Source of the DNA: the human T2T-CHM13v2.0 reference genome, Homo sapiens
NCBI RefSeq assembly: GCF_009914755.1
Contig: NC_060927.1
Strand: one strand, 5' to 3'
DNA: 64,000 nt
Shown here: in pieces, positions 41,185-57,490 of the stretch
How positions within the stretch are numbered: position 1 is the first letter of the stretch
How the letters are laid out: each line of letters opens with the position of its first letter
Position numbers and translations under genes: made by a program
Notes under the pieces: generated by a model
Told to the model about the DNA's origin: nothing
What the model saw: the letters and a program-made list of their open reading frames with translations, nothing else
Database searches by the model: none

Positions 41185-44100
41185 CTTTTTTTTTCTTTTT
41201 TTTTTTTTTTTTTTAGATAGAGTCTTGCTCTATCATCCAGGCTGCAGTGCAGTGGTACACAATCATGGCTCACTGCAGCCTCGACCTCCCAAGCTCAAGC
41301 GACCCTTGCACCTCAGCCACCCAGGTAGCTGGGACTACAGGCACATGCCACCATGCCAGGCCTTTTTTTCTTTTTTTTAGACAGGGTCTTGCTGTGTTGC
41401 TCAGGTTGGAATGCAGCAGTGAAATCATGACTCACTGTAACATCGAACTCCTGGGCTCAAGCAATCCTCCTGCCTCAGCCTCCCAAGTACCTAGGACTAC
41501 AGGGGCATATCACCATGCCTGGCTAATTTCTTAATTTTTTGTAGAGACAGTATCTCGCTATGTTACCCACACCGATCTCGAACTCCTGAGCTAAAGCAAT
41601 CCTCCTGCCTCACCCTCACAAAGGGTTAGGTTACAGGCATGAGCCACTGTGCCTGGCCACACTATAATCCTTGATAAGGCAAGTTCTGTCACACTACTCT
41701 TGTTTTCTAAAATTATTATTACTGTCCTTAGCTTTGTCCTTCCACATATACTGTCAAATGCATTTTTCAAGCTCCAAAAAAGAAATTCCATTAGAGTTAT
41801 GATTGGAATTATATTACACTTAAGTATAATTTTTGGAAGAAATCACATCTTTACCGCCTTTTCACCCAGAAAAGATACATTATACCTTTTTCAAATATTC
41901 AAGACTTCTTTATTATTTTTTGGGAAGACTGTTTAATACTATTCATGTAAGAGGACTATTTTCACTAGAGGTTTTCCTAGATATTTTAGATTTTTGGTTA
42001 TTATTATTAATGTCATCATTTCTTCCACTATTTTTCTACAGGTTATTTCCTTTTTTTCTTGTTTCTTTTTTTTTCTTTTTTTGATGGAGTCTAGCTCTGT
42101 CGCCAGGCTGTAGTGCAGTGGCGCAACCTCGGCTTATTGCAAATTCCGCCTCCCGGTTTCAAGCGATTCTCCTGCCTCAGCCTCCTGAGTAGCGGGGATT
42201 ACAGGTGCCCGTCACTGTGCCCAGTTAATTTTTTGTATTTTTAGTAGAGACGGGGTTTCACCTTGTTGGCCAGGCTGGTCTTGAACTTCTACAGGTTATT
42301 TCTAAGAATCAGTAAGCTATTAAATATTTATGCAAACCTGTATCTATTCTTTTTATTGAAATTTCAATAATTCAAAGAGCTTCCATCTGACTCTCTTAGA
42401 TTTCTGAGTCCTACAATTATATCATTTGAAATTACTTTAGTTAGGTGACAGGTTTACCCTGACTGCTATGAGACATGAAGCTGCCAAGCCTGCTTCCAGG
42501 GGCTGGATGTGGAAGGGGCTCTAGGGAGGAGTCCTGCTACCCCTCTCACCAGTGGTCCTCTTCTTATTCAAACAATATTCCACACACAGCCAAGCACAGT
42601 GGAAGACCTATTCTAGTGGAAGGAGCAGAGTAGGGCATGCGTGAGATGTCTTACACCCTGTTTATTTTGTGCTTATACAGATATGGAGTTGTTCTCTTTC
42701 TTTCCAGCAGTCAAACCTCTTTATTTGTTTGCCATGCATTTATTGCAAGGACAGGAAGACAAGATTGAACTCTGCCGATAGTAAGCACTTACCACTGAAG
42801 AACTAGGAGTCCTGGGGAAATATTCTCGCTAGTGGTTGCGTTAACAGCCACCTGGTGCTCAAGGCCAATAGGTCTCTGGACAGAGAGAAGGTGGCTCTTA
42901 ATAGAGCAGCCTCGTGTGAATAATGTGGGGAGGGCCCAAACCGCTAGGGATGGACAAAAATGGTCTCAGGTAGAATTAATGGGGCAACCCCAAAGCTCCA
43001 GATTCTGGGAGGATGTGCTGCCAGGGAGCCATCAGCTGCCTTGGAGTCATTTCAGGGGAGGGCGGAGCCAGGACTTTTCAATTCCACTTCCACATCCCCA
43101 GATTGGAGGCTGTTTGGAGTACATTTGCATGGATGGTTTTTCTTAGTTGTGGGTGGTTTATAGGTTCACTTAAGGAAACCTAAAGAAGGGTGAAGCAACC
43201 AGGGAGGGTCCTTTCAACATCTGCTGACCCCTCCAGGCCAGCAGCGATGTGAGCACTGAGCAAGAGATCACAGGCCCTGGACATATGTCCCGCAACACCA
43301 TCAACCAGCATGCATTTGTGCAGAAATCCTCTGAACCCTATGCCTCTTCCTCGTGTCATATGCCACAAACTCCAAAATCCTGTAAAAAGTCACCAGAACT
43401 TCTGTGAGTTGGGATCAGGTTCTCAGAGTACGAGAGCCATCTAATCCGGGTCTTGAGACAGCTGCCCAGGCTCTGGTACTTCTCACTCCTTACCTGTGTC
43501 TGAGTGTGTCTACTGGGATTTCCGGGCTACTCACTTTAAAGGTGTGGATGAGTCACAAAGGGCAGTTGGGAGCTCCACCAAATGGTCCCCACTGACGACT
43601 AACAGAGTGAGCTTCTTCAGGTTCAGCATGGAATAGGGAAGGTAGGTCAACTTGTTTTTATACAAGAGAAAGCTCTGCAGCTCCTCTAGCCTAAGAAGAG
43701 GTAAAAACAATCATAGCACTGGACTTAGCATCATAGCTAAGAAAACCAACATGAATTACAAATAAATTCTAACAGGAAGTCCCTACTTTATTTTATACAT
43801 GTGACCTTTATGAGAACCAACTTATTCTAAGTTTTGTTCTTCGTTTTTTTTTTTGAGACAAGGTGTTATTATGTTGCCCAGGTTGGAGTGCAGTGGTACA
43901 ATCTCGGCTCACTGCAGCCTCAACTTCCTGGGCTCAAATGATCCTCCCACCTCAGACTCCTTCCTGAGTAACTAGGACTACAGGCACACGCCATCATGCC
44001 CGGCTAATTATTTTTTGTAGAGACAGAGGGTCTTGCCATAGTGCCCAGGCTGGTCTTGAACTCCTGGGCTCAAGCAGTCTGCCCACTTCAGCCTCCCAAA

Positions 44101-45540
44101 GTGTTGAGATTACAGGCATAAGCCACTATGCTCTGCCTAAGTTTTAAGTAACTAAAGTCATGCCAGGTGACGTGATTTTTTGGAAGTTTTTACTGACTTA
44201 ATCACCAGTTGAAGACACAGCTATAGCAGCGGGATAAGCATACTGCACAATACACACTAGGCCATGATGGAGCCTCAAACATCAGTATGTCCCTTCCGAG
44301 AGTCTACTGCATTTACAAGGGTTAACAGAGCATGGGAAGGCAATCATACTAGAATTGAAATGAGAATAAACAGATTTTAGCAATGTACTTCCTTTGGTAC
44401 ACTTTTTTTTTTTTTAATGAGAAAGACGGGGTCTCACTATGTGGCCTAGCCTTGTCTTGAACTCCTAGCTTTAAGCAATCCTCCTTCCTTGGCCTCCCAA
44501 AGTGCTAGTATTACAGGCAAGAGCCACTGTGCCCAGCCTCCTCTTGTATATCTTTAAACCCCAGTTATTATCCTTCTCTCATTACGTCTTCCAACTTTAA
44601 AACAGGAAGGCAACTGCGGAGTGAAAAGTAAATGAGCAAAATATGTTCCAAATATGTCTTATTCTGTTTTCCATTTTATTCTAACTCAGTGGCCTCCCCC
44701 TGGGAATTTTTCTTTCATTTATTTCCAAAACTTTGGATTATCATACAAATATTTCATAAAGTTCCCATGTTGCAAACTAAAAGATTCCCTCTTAGCCTCA
44801 AAAGCCTAGAAAGCATCAATACACATCACATGTACCAGGAATAAAAAAAAGTCATACAAGATGGCATTCAGGCCTAAGCCATTGCTGGCCTCTGTGTCAT
44901 CATAGCTTGCTTGTGTTTCTTTATAAAAAAGATTGTAGGCCAGGCACGGTGGCTCATGCCTGAAATCCCAGCACTTTGGGAGGCTGAGGCAGGAGGATTG
45001 CTTGAGTCCAGGAATTCAAGACCAGCCTGGGTAATATAGCAAGACCTTGTCTCTACAAATAATTATTTTAAAAAAGTAGCCAGGCATGATGGCACACATC
45101 TGTGGCCCCAGCTACCTGGGAGGCTGAGGTGAGGGAATTGCTTAAGCCCAAGCAGTCAAGGCTGCAGTGAGCCATGACTGCACTACTGCACTCCAGCCTG
45201 GGCAGCTAACGGGACTCTGTCTCAAAAAAAAAAAAAAATTGTAGATTCCAGGATGCCAGAGATTGTGTTTCATTTACCACTTTAAACCCATCCCGTTCTC
45301 TAGGCTTGCCATACAGGAGTCTAATAATATAAGTGAATGACTGAAACTTACATGATAATTCTTATTTTAAAAAACATGAAATAGCTGCAAGAATATAATT
45401 TGGGCCAGGCACAGTGGCTCATGCCTGTAATCCCAGAACTTTGAGAGGCCAAGGCAGAAGGATTGCTTGTGCCCAGGAGTTTGAGACCAGCCTGGGAAAC
45501 AAAGCAAGACCCTGTCTGAACAAAAAATAAAAATTTAAAA
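41185..45540. mobile_element. Intronic Alu cluster: minus ~41185-41660, ~42060-42287, ~43840-44137, ~44400-44537; plus ~44938-45238, ~45402-45540
   Basis: Alu consensus matches; the 42060 copy is 5'-truncated with 16 bp TSD TTCTACAGGTTATTTC. Confidence 0.85.
43535..43690 (-). CDS. LRRC2: LRRC2 coding exon ([14 protein letters not shown]...CDSSTPL)
   Basis: cttcttag|G acceptor, AA|gtgagt donor, 156 nt, phase 2 to 2. Confidence 0.94.
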
Positions 45541-46012
45541 ATATGTACATTTTTAATTTGAAAGAATATAATTTGAAAACCTGGCTAAGCATATCAATTT
45601 TGTTTGAAAGTTTATGTATAACGAATCAATAAATGAAACTAATAAAATTTGTCCTCATTGATATTCTAAACATACAGTGATATGTTTCTATTCTATACTT
45701 AATAAATTAACTTTTCCACTTCTGTAGAGTGAAGGAAAGTTAATGGTGCCATTCTACAGAGACTAAAGCAAATTAAAGTTCATCAGGACAATGAAGAGGT
45801 GTTCAAATGCACGTAAACACATACATGTATGATGCAGACTGGAAATTGTCTTATTCTATAATTTCCTCGGAAACTGATTTCCTGGAAAGGAAACTCTGGA
45901 AAATTAGTTGATTCCAAAGAACATTCATGTACTATACATGTTTCAAATGTTAACAGTGTTTGAAGCGTTAGTAACTAATACATACACCTCACCTTAGAAT
46001 GCAAGTAGCTAC

Positions 46013-46158
46013 CTGTCTATATCTTGCGGCAGGTCGGTCAGGTTATTGCTGCTGATATCCAACCACTGCAAATTCGACATCCGCAGGACACAGATTGGGA
46101 CACTGGAAAACTTGTTTGCTGAGATATCTACAAATGTAACTTGCTTCAAATTACTTAA
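46013..46158 (-). CDS. LRRC2: LRRC2 coding exon ([17 protein letters not shown]...DLPQDID)
   Basis: tttctag|TTA acceptor, AG|gtagct donor, 146 nt, phase 0 to 2; LRR motifs. Confidence 0.94.
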
Positions 46159-46344
46159 CTAGAAATGAATAACAAAATGTTCTAATTACTTTTATAAGAG
46201 TGGGAATTAAGTTCAACTAATAATTTTAAGATGGATATTTCTTCCCCAAAGGCATTTCTATGAATATATGCAAAGCAGATCAATACAGTATGTATTTTGA
46301 AGCACCTCAGATGTGTCATTCACTGTGCACACGTAGAGAAGTTA

Positions 46345-46996
<652 letters not shown>

Positions 46997-48493
46997 CCAT
47001 ATCATCATGTAAAACATAACTATAAGAGAGTTAGAGTGACTATATTAATATCAGACAAATTATATTTAAGAAATAATATTGTTAAGGATAAAGAAGGACA
47101 TTTCATAATAATAAAAGGGTCAATAGCAGGAGCCCCCCTGACGTATGTCAGGAAGATACAAGAATCATAAATGTATATGCAACTAACAACGTAAAATATA
47201 TGAAGTAAAAACTGATGGAATTAAAAGGACAAAGAGACAATTCAACAATTATAGTTAGATTTTTTTTTTTTTTTTTGAGATGGCGTTTCACTCTGTCACA
47301 CAGGCTGGAGTGCAGTGGAGAGATCTCAGCCTCCACCTCCCATGTTGCCTAGTCCTGGGAGTGGGAATGGGGATTCATATCAAAGGAGCAAGAGAGAATT
47401 GGGGGTAGTGGGTGGGGGAGGAGTGATGGAAAAGGCCTAAATTTGAATCTGTACACTTGTAATGGGTGAGTCATATGGTATGTAGATTACACTTTAATAA
47501 AGGAGGAAAAGGTAGAAGAAGGGGCAGAGAAGCAAACAGGGAGGCTGTTGCCCCATTCCAGATGACAGACAACACTGTCTTGACCAGGGTGGCAGTGGGA
47601 AGGTGATGAGAACGGTTAGACAGAATATATTCTGGAGGGCATGCTCAACAGGATTTATTTATGGATTGGATATGGCACATGGGAGAAGAGAGGATGACTT
47701 AATTTACTTCCAGCCTTAACATCTGTGTGAAGATTGAGCCATTGCCTGAACTGGAAAAGACTGGGAGATGAGTGGATCTGTGCGGGGAACCATGACCCCT
47801 GGCTGTGCACCCTCACCAGGACCCCTGCTGTGCATCTCCTAGGGTGGAATGGGTGCTAACAGCTTAGAAGCAGCCACTTCCTCCTACCCTGCAGCATTCA
47901 GGAAAGGAAAATAATGCCCCTTCTAGGATGGCAATCGGTGTCCAGTGCCTTGTCACCAGCAATCACCATTTTTAGCCCATTCATTACCAGTAGGATTGTG
48001 AGATCCTTCTCTCGCTCCAGCATGAGATGCTTATTGAGTTTAATTTGGCATTAAAAATTGTTCACTTTTATGTGCTCCACTTTATCAGAAAATGATTTAA
48101 AATCATTTGTCCATGAATACAGACCAAAAGAAACTAATGAATATTTTTAAATTAGTGGATTTCTTAAATCCTATCTGTAGGACTACTTTAATCATCTACA
48201 AGTTTTGCTATGAGTATATAAAAAATTTTACCCCTTTTATTTTCAATTTTACCATTGTGGATAAATAAATCAGGATCTGCATTAGAGACAACAGGCATCT
48301 TATAATACAAGCATCAACAAGCAAAGCATTAAATAAAAATTTCTTGTGTGAAATTTTGCCTGGTTTTCCTTTGATAGCATTTCTGAACTTAAATTCGGGT
48401 TCTGACATAGTATAAAATGTTTTTAAAGAAGGGCAGGTGCGGTGGCTCACACCTGTAATCCCAGGACTCTGGGAGGCCAAGGCAGGTGGATCA

Positions 48494-48757
<264 letters not shown>

Positions 48758-48880
48758 TCAGGAAAAGGTGATATAATAAAGATAGATTTCATATGTTAAA
48801 ACTTCTTGCCATATTATAGACCATTCTATGTCATAAACCAAATAAAAGTGAATCGTAGTACAGAAATGTTTATCTCTTAC

Positions 48881-49017
48881 TTCAAAGGGCAGCTCCATTA
48901 ATTCTAGATTTCCAGAACAATCCAGTCTCTCTAGATTTTCACAATCTCCCAATTCTGGAGGAATGCTCTTCAGATAGTTGAAACCCACATTGAGTTCTTT
49001 CAGGTTCTTCAAACAAC
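48881..49017 (-). CDS. LRRC2: LRRC2 coding exon ([15 protein letters not shown]...LMELPFE)
   Basis: ctgacag|GT acceptor, GAA|gtaaga donor, 137 nt, phase 1 to 0; LxxLxLxxNxL motif. Confidence 0.95.
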
Positions 49018-49531
49018 CTGTCAGCAGAAAAAGTTAACATCCATTGAATAGGTCGTTTAAGGTCTTTTAAGAACAAAAAGCAAAACTAAGAAGTAAACAG
49101 CTCTGTAAATAATGATGGGGAAGGAACTAAACATAATTTAGTATTTGGGTTTTGGGGGGTGTATCTAATGAACATTATCTTGTAGCATCATGACCCCGAG
49201 GTTCTGGAAATCACAGAGTTTTTCAGTGTGATAAGCGTCCAACATTACAGAATCTGAAACAAAACTTTTAAGGCTCATGCCTTCAGTGTGTCATATTTTT
49301 AAATAACTGATTTGTCTATTCTTTCTTGAAATGCCCAGGGATCTTTTCCAACTGAAATGAAGCTGCCTACCTACTCCCTGTTCTCCCAAAGCCCTCAGAC
49401 CTAATTTCCAGTAAGGGGAAGATAATTGCAACTGGAGCACAGTGTCTATAGCGGCTCCTGGTTTCTAGAGCCCAAGGAGCAGCTTAAGGAATTACCATAT
49501 CTTACAATATTTGAGTAAAAATGTTTAAATA

Positions 49532-49899
49532 CAGATTCTCCCTAACTTACGATGGAATTACACCTCAATAAGCCCATCATAAGTTGAAAATATCATAAGT
49601 CAAAAATGCATTTAATACACCTAACCTATCAAACATTGTAGCTTCACCTAGCCTACCTTAAATGTGCTGAGAACACTTACATTAGCCTACAGTTGGGCAA
49701 AATCATCCAACATAAAGCCTGTTTTATAATAAAGTGTTGAATGTCTCCTGTAATAAATAGACTACTGCACTGAAAATGAAAAGCAGAATGTTTGTATAGG
49801 TATTCACAGTTTCCTTCCTTCCTTCCTTCCTTCCTTCCTTCCTTCCTTCCTTCCTTCCTTCTTCCTTCCCTCCCTCCCTCCCTCTCTTTTCTTTCTTTC

Positions 49900-49930
<31 letters not shown>

Positions 49931-50531
49931 TTCTTTCTCTCTCTGCCTGTCTTTCTTTCTTTCTTCTTTCTTTCTCTTTCTTTCCCTTCCTTTCTTCCTT
50001 CCTTCCTTTCTTTTCTTTTTTTTTTAATTTTTTTTGTTTTACTTTTAGTTCTGGGATACATGTGCAGAACATGCAGGTTTCTTATATCGGTATATGTGTG
50101 CCATGGTGGTTTGCTGCACCTATCAACACATCATCTAGGTTTTAAGCCCCACATGCATTAGGTATTTATCCTAATGTTCTCCCTCCCCTTGCCCCACCAG
50201 CCCCCAACAGGCCCAGTGTGTGATGTTCCCTCCCTGTGTCCATGTGTTCTCATTGTTCAACTCCCACTGTGAGTGAGAACATGCGGTGTTTGGTTTTCTG
50301 TTCCTTGTGTTAGTTTGGTGAGAATGATGGCTTCCAGCATCATCCATGTCTCTGCAAAGGACACAAACTCCTCCTTTTTATGGCTGCATAGTATTCCATG
50401 GTGTATATGTGCCACATTTTCTTTATCCAGTCTATCATTGATGGGCATTTGGGTTGGTTCCAAGTCTTTACTATTGTAAATAGTGCTGCTCTTTTCTTTT
50501 TTGTTTTCTTTCTTTTCTTTTCTTTTCCTTC

Positions 50532-50586
<55 letters not shown>

Positions 50587-50721
50587 TGTTTCTTTCTTTC
50601 TTTCTAGCAGCCGCACCCTTCTAGGAACAAAGTACAGTTTCTACTAAATGCACACCACTTTCACACCATCAAAAAGCTGAAAAACCTTACATCTAACCAT
50701 TGTAAACTGGGGATCATCTGT
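49532..50721. mobile_element. MER47-like Tigger element interrupted by (TTCC)/(TTTC)n tracts and an L1PA 3' fragment (~50030-50490, -)
   Basis: Tigger termini on both sides; ttctgggatacatgtgcagaacatgcagg L1PA terminus. Confidence 0.8.
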
Positions 50722-53700
50722 AATTCCAATAATTAGCTATTTTAAATCCATATAATGATAATTTCTTGGGAATTTCACAAAGAAGTTAAGAGCACCACTC
50801 ATTGTCATTCTTAATTCCTTGATGTCAAATGTCAAAAATAACTGCTCTAATAATGAGAAAAAGAATACCCTGTCTAGTAATCACACCTCCCTGACTCCTC
50901 CCCTTCATCAGCCCTCAATAGATCTATAAGACAATATGATAAGAGATCAAACCCCACCTCCTTTACAAAATTCAGCTGCTCAACATAAAAGAGCTAAAAA
51001 TCCTTTGTTCATTCCCACGTTCCTCACTATGCTTGAGCATCAGATCCTGCAGCTGAGTGTTTCTTCATTTATCCCTAGTTTGTAAGGAGCTATATCTGCT
51101 CCTCTAGGAGAGAAACATGCCCTGAACTAATATATTTTCATTTCTTTTCATTTTGCCCCACATGTGAAAATTGATTTATTCTAGATGCCCTCAATACTTA
51201 CGTTTGGTAAAAAAGAGGATTTGCTCAAAATACTCCATGTTAATAACTCAGAGTATCAAGAAGCAAGTACTAGAAGAAAATTAGGGTGACAACCTTACCT
51301 AAATCATTCTAAGAACATCTCCCTTTTTATTATTGTGTTCTTTTCTTAAGATTTCCTATATAATGATGAAAAATTGTGATACTCACATGTCATAAGAATT
51401 TCCAAACTGGAGATATGATATATGTCTCAGCCATGTGAGAAGGGAATCGTCTGTCTTTGCCTAAGTTATGGATGTATTTGGATAAATTATATTCTGTTGA
51501 TTTGATATAGACTGAAAATTATAAGTTGGATAAAATATATATATGACTTAAATCTGGTATAGAGAGTATTAAAGCCTCTGAGATTTATTGTCCCCCTCCT
51601 TCCCATAGTTTAACTCACAAAAAAATTCAACTAGAGAATTTTAGAGGTGGCAGATATTTTAAAGATCATTCTGACCCCTTATCCTACAAATGAGAATACT
51701 AAGATTTAAAAAATTAAAGTATGTGCTCAAGTTACTCAAAGTTAGATAACATCTTTGTCTTCAGAATCTTAGGTCAGTCTTCAGTTCACTAAGTTTAATT
51801 TTAAAATATTTTGGGAACAAGTTAAATAAATCATGCCATAATCATCACTCAGCTACTAGGGAGAATGGGGAAGGTTTAGATGTTCTGATACTGAAAAATA
51901 ACATTAACATAAAGATGATGCTAATAATAGCAATAATAATAATAATGGCTAGTGAATGCCAGGGATTCACCTACTCTAAATGCTTTCTATGTATTATCTA
52001 TTTAATCCTCACAACAACGCGGTGAACTAGGTACTATTGTTATCCCCATTTTACAGATGAGGAAACTGAAAACGAGTAAATGACTTGCTCAAGGTTACCT
52101 TCCAGTAAGTCAAAGACCCAGGCAGCCTGATCCTAGAGTCCACCTCCGCCTTCATGGTGTGATCGGGGGAAACATGTGAGGCACAGACTGAAGAACACAG
52201 TGTAAGCCCATGTGTGTAAGTATATTTAACATGCATGGTTACATGTCTGTTTATAAATAGACAGCTACAACGTAGGTCTATAGAAGAGCATGAGTGTATG
52301 TACAGTGTGAATACCCAGGAAACTTAGCGCTTACTGAGAGGCTTGATTTTACATTTTACACCTTTCTAGAATGTTTGAATAGTTTTCGTGCACATGAATG
52401 AGGTCTGTGGGGATGACATCATGTCTCCAACAGGATTCGAGTGCCTTGGAATAATCACTTGAATAATCGCTTGGAATAACAACTATGTACCCAATATGTT
52501 GGTGTTTATTGCCTTATCTAATCCTCACAACCACTAAATGACAGCAACAACTATTATCCCCACTTTACGGATGAAGAAACTGAAGAGCAGAGAGATTAAG
52601 TATAGTGTCCCAATCCCACATTGGTCCCCCACGGATACCCCTCACCCACCAATCTCTTCTCCTCCTCCGAGTGTGCAAGGATAACATCCTCACTCCCCCA
52701 CCAGTGGTCTCAACCATGGCTGCACATGGGAATCATGTAGGGAGTTTGTTAAATGCTGATTCCTGGCCCTGTACCCAGAGATTCCTATGGAATTGGTCTG
52801 CAGTGGATCTTGGGCGTTTAGATTTTTAAGGCTTTTTGGGGGATTCTAAGGTGTAGCCAGGGTGAAAACCACTGCTCAAATCAAACTGGCTCACAAGGAA
52901 AGAATGAATAGTACATTGGTGTAGTGTGGGAAGTTAAAAAAGAACAGGTGTTAATCTGGCTGGCAATAATTTCAAGGAAGACATTTCAAGAGATGAACAA
53001 AGATACATATTAAATGGAGCACCTCTGATGACATTTCAGACAACTGTGAGCATGACTCATCCCATGGTGATGCTCTGATGCCCTGCCTTTTGACAGCTCC
53101 ATGCTTAATACCCCATCTATCTTGCTGCCAACCACTGGATTCCCAAGCCAAGGTGGCAGGATGGCAAGGATCCCTGAGTCTAGGTCAACCACTGTGGCTT
53201 CTCAAATGTATAAGGACAGAACCTTTCTACTTGAAAAGGGTTGTTTGTTTGTTTGTTTTGAGACAGGGTCTCACCCTGTCACCCAGGCTGGAGTGATGGC
53301 TGGTGCCATCACCGCTCACTGCAGCCTCAACCTCCTGGGCTCAAGCGATCCTCCCACAGGCACACGCCATCATGCCTGGCTAATGTTTTACTTTTTGTAG
53401 AGATGGGGTTTTGCCATGTTGCCCGGGCTGGTCTCAAACTCCTAGGCTCAAGTGATCTGCCTGCCTCAGCCTCCCAAAGTGCTGGGATTCCAGGCATGAG
53501 CCACCGCCTCCAGCCTAAAAAGGGTTTTTAAAAGTAACTCAGTCCTCAGAAACTCTATCCAGTTATTTAAATATACCATGAGCTTGCCCAAAAATGACCT
53601 GCAAATAGTGAAATCTGGCTTCTAGCCCAGGCTCTGAAGAAGTTCCTTAGTGTAATATGTAAATGATAATGATTCAGTCAGTTAATGATTCAGTCAGTGG

Positions 53701-54589
53701 GTCTCTCCAATTTGCAAAATAAAGGGGCAGGAGGTAAATGACCCCTTACATGTCAAAAATGGTACTTTTCAGTCATAGAAATTCTAAGGTCCTTTCTACC
53801 TTTCCAGAAACTAGGCAAGGAAACAGAAGTACTTATCCTTGTTGGGTCTAAAATTTGATTTTACCCTGCTTAGAAGCTAATAAATTTTGCCTATTCCTGT
53901 TTCATGGATACCGACAGAAGACACGAGGCTCCTGGTCCAACACAGCATACTGATGTGAGTTGCACTTACAGCTAAGTTTACCAAGCGTGATGCAGATGGC
54001 CTGGATAGATGCTATGCACATATACATCACAGCTGAGAACCCTGAGCTTGGGGAACCCACCACTTTTACAGCAAGTGGTTAGCAAGGCTGCTCTTTGCCT
54101 GGGAGCAGGTGTCTCCTCATCCCTCAAGGTTAGTACATGCATATGCATCCCCAAGATCGGCCTGGGTAAGAGGGTGGTCAGAGCCTTGTAGTCTTGACAC
54201 AGCCAGCAAGACATGTATGAACACCAGAGGCTCCACAAGCCACCTGTCCCACAGGGTCTTGGCTTCTGGTAAATTTTCACATAACTATGCGAAACCACTG
54301 GTCCCAGGGCACATGTGTAAGAATGGAGCTCCATGCAGCTCCAGACCTTCACTCCTTGCACCCCAGGAAAAAGAGAAGCAATAATGATCACTGTCATTTT
54401 CATTTTAAGATAACACAACTGAATAATGACTGAGAATTATAAAATTTTGATCCATCAAAAAGACATCAGGCTGGTTACTGTGGCTCATGCCTGTAATCCC
54501 AGCACTTTGGGAAGCCGAGGCAGGCAGAGCACCTGAGGTCAGGAGTTTGAGACCAGCCTGGTCAACATGGTGAAACCCCTTCTCTACTA

Positions 54590-54748
<159 letters not shown>

Positions 54749-55160
54749 TCAAGGAAAAGAAAAAAAAAGACAACATAAGCTAAACTAGATTTATCAATGG
54801 ACTAATGTATAAGAGCAATACATTACATTTCTAATAAGCATACTGCACGTTTATAGGTTTAAAACAAAAAGAAAATAAACACAGAGTTCCTAAATAAAAT
54901 ATTGCTCACTCATGAAACTTCTGGTTTCTGAGCAATTGGCAAGTGTCCTATGTGCTGAGTTATACAGGCGAGACGCCGACCTCACCACCCAAAGGGATGC
55001 TGCAAACAAGCAGCTCTGGGGAGCCTCCAAACGGCCCTGCCCAACCACTTCCTGGGGAAGCTGGAGAGGAAACACGGTGTCTGCACAGTGTCTGTCACCT
55101 GCCTGACAGCTGCCTGCTTAACACACCAGAGGCCCGAAGACCCCTGCTAAGTTGACATAC

Positions 55161-55317
55161 CGATTTCTGCTGGAAGATGTGAGATTTGGTTTTTTGGCAG
55201 ATCCAGAATTCTCATCGCTTGAAATAACTGAATATATGTAGGAATGATTTGAATCAAGGTATTGCTTATGTACCATTCTCTCAGGTGTGTCTGCTCCTTC
55301 AATGAATCTGGGAGCTC
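55161..55317 (-). CDS. LRRC2: LRRC2 coding exon ([15 protein letters not shown]...ISHLPAEI)
   Basis: ttttag|GAG acceptor, G|gtatgt donor, 157 nt, phase 0 to 1; LRR pattern. Confidence 0.93.
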
Positions 55318-56421
55318 CTAAAATAGAAAGAATGACATCAATCAGAACTAGCTCCTCCGTGTGCACAAAGCCGTGTAAAACCAAGCATTTATTTTAAAAC
55401 AGGAAGTGAGAAAGCAGACACGAGAGCATAAAACTTAACCACCAGCACTCCAGCCATTTCAAAAAGAAACCAAAGACACCGCAGTTGTCGTCAACTTCAC
55501 AACAGTATATTAGCCCTATTTCAAAACTGCCGTGAATTCATGATGTTATTAAAATTAAATCCTAGTGAACACAAAAAACCAGACTCACACTTAGAGCCAC
55601 AATGTGTATTATTTATTTGCAACATACCAACTTAACATCCCCTAAGGTCTGTCTATACATTCGATTTCAAAATTTGTGCTTCGTTTCCCTTTGTCTGTAG
55701 TTGCTTTTAGAAATACTTGATAAACCTCTAATATTTGCTGTACCACATTTCCAAATATTCTTAAGAGTCTATGAAAGGGAAAAAGCATGAGAAAGACAGT
55801 CAGCTGGGACACCTGAGTTCCGGCCCAGGCCCTGCCATTTTCCAGTCACGCCACCTCCCTGGGTCTCCACTGCTGAAATGACATTGATGAACTCAGTGTC
55901 CAAGGCCTCCCCTAGCTCAAGTGTTCTGGGATAAAACTGTAAAGGTGTCAAGCAAGAAGCGTTTAAAGACTTTAAGGAGGCTATTTGTCCAGCTGAAGAA
56001 ATCTAATTCACCGAGAGTTACCGAGCCCCCATTGCAGGTGAGGGGTGCTCAGCACTGAGGGGTGGGGCAAAGACGAGACACACAGGTCCCCTGACCTCAG
56101 AAGCTGACCACAACGCACCATCAGCAAAGTGGCTGGAGCACAGGGTGGAGGTGGGATGAGGTGTGGAAAACTCCATGGCAGTTGAAGGGGAGGTGGAGGG
56201 AGCAATGGAGTCCATAGTGATCCTTCTTTTTTGTACTTGGTACTTGTAATGTGCTTTACAACCATTGCCCTCCTGTGTGTGGGTTAAGCTGTTAACTTGC
56301 AAAAGTGCTTTCACTCTAGTATTATCTCATGCAACAGTACCATAAGATAGGCAAAGTGGGCCGGGCACAGTGGCTCACGCCTGTAATCCCAGCAATTTGG
56401 GAGGCCAAGGCGGGTGAATCA

Positions 56422-56724
<303 letters not shown>

Positions 56725-57286
56725 TTACAGTAAGGATCCACTACTGAGTTTGCAGAGCCTAGTGCAAAATGAAAATGCAGGCACCTTGTTAAAAATTAAG
56801 AAGTTCAAGATGGTGAGCACAGAGCATTAAACCAAGCATAGGGCCCTGTGCCGCTGCTTCTGAAGCCAACTACCTAGTTACCACCTGCCCCCTTCTCGTG
56901 GCCCTGGCAAACTGTCCCGACACCTCTTGATCTGAATGGAACCCACACCACACCAGAGGGTTGCCTCCTGGAACTGAGACAAAATGAGTTGGGTCATCAG
57001 GGAGCTGACCACAGGCTCATAATCACAATCTCTTCATTGACACTTCAACGTACTGACTGTCTCATAAATAACCTCATTCCACTCTTTCAATAATGGCACA
57101 CATGAAAGATTATTAAATTTCTAAAATTATGTTCATGACTATTTTCAACAAGAAAAATATTAGGATAGGCCGGGCATGGTGGCTCACGCCTGTAATCCCA
57201 GCACTTTGGGAGGCCGAGGCGGGCAGATCACGAGGTCAGGAGATCGAGACCATCCTGGCTAACACAGTGAAACTCCGTCTCTACTA

Positions 57287-57490
<204 letters not shown>

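Noticed and set aside
49677-50616. Lys/Glu/Arg-rich and Phe/Leu/Ser-rich ORFs
   Set aside because: Translations of (TTCC)/(TTTC)n tracts and L1 3' UTR.
53667-53698. 16 bp tandem duplication TAATGATTCAGTCAGT
   Set aside because: Real but short; ordinary slippage with only a weak AP-1-like motif.
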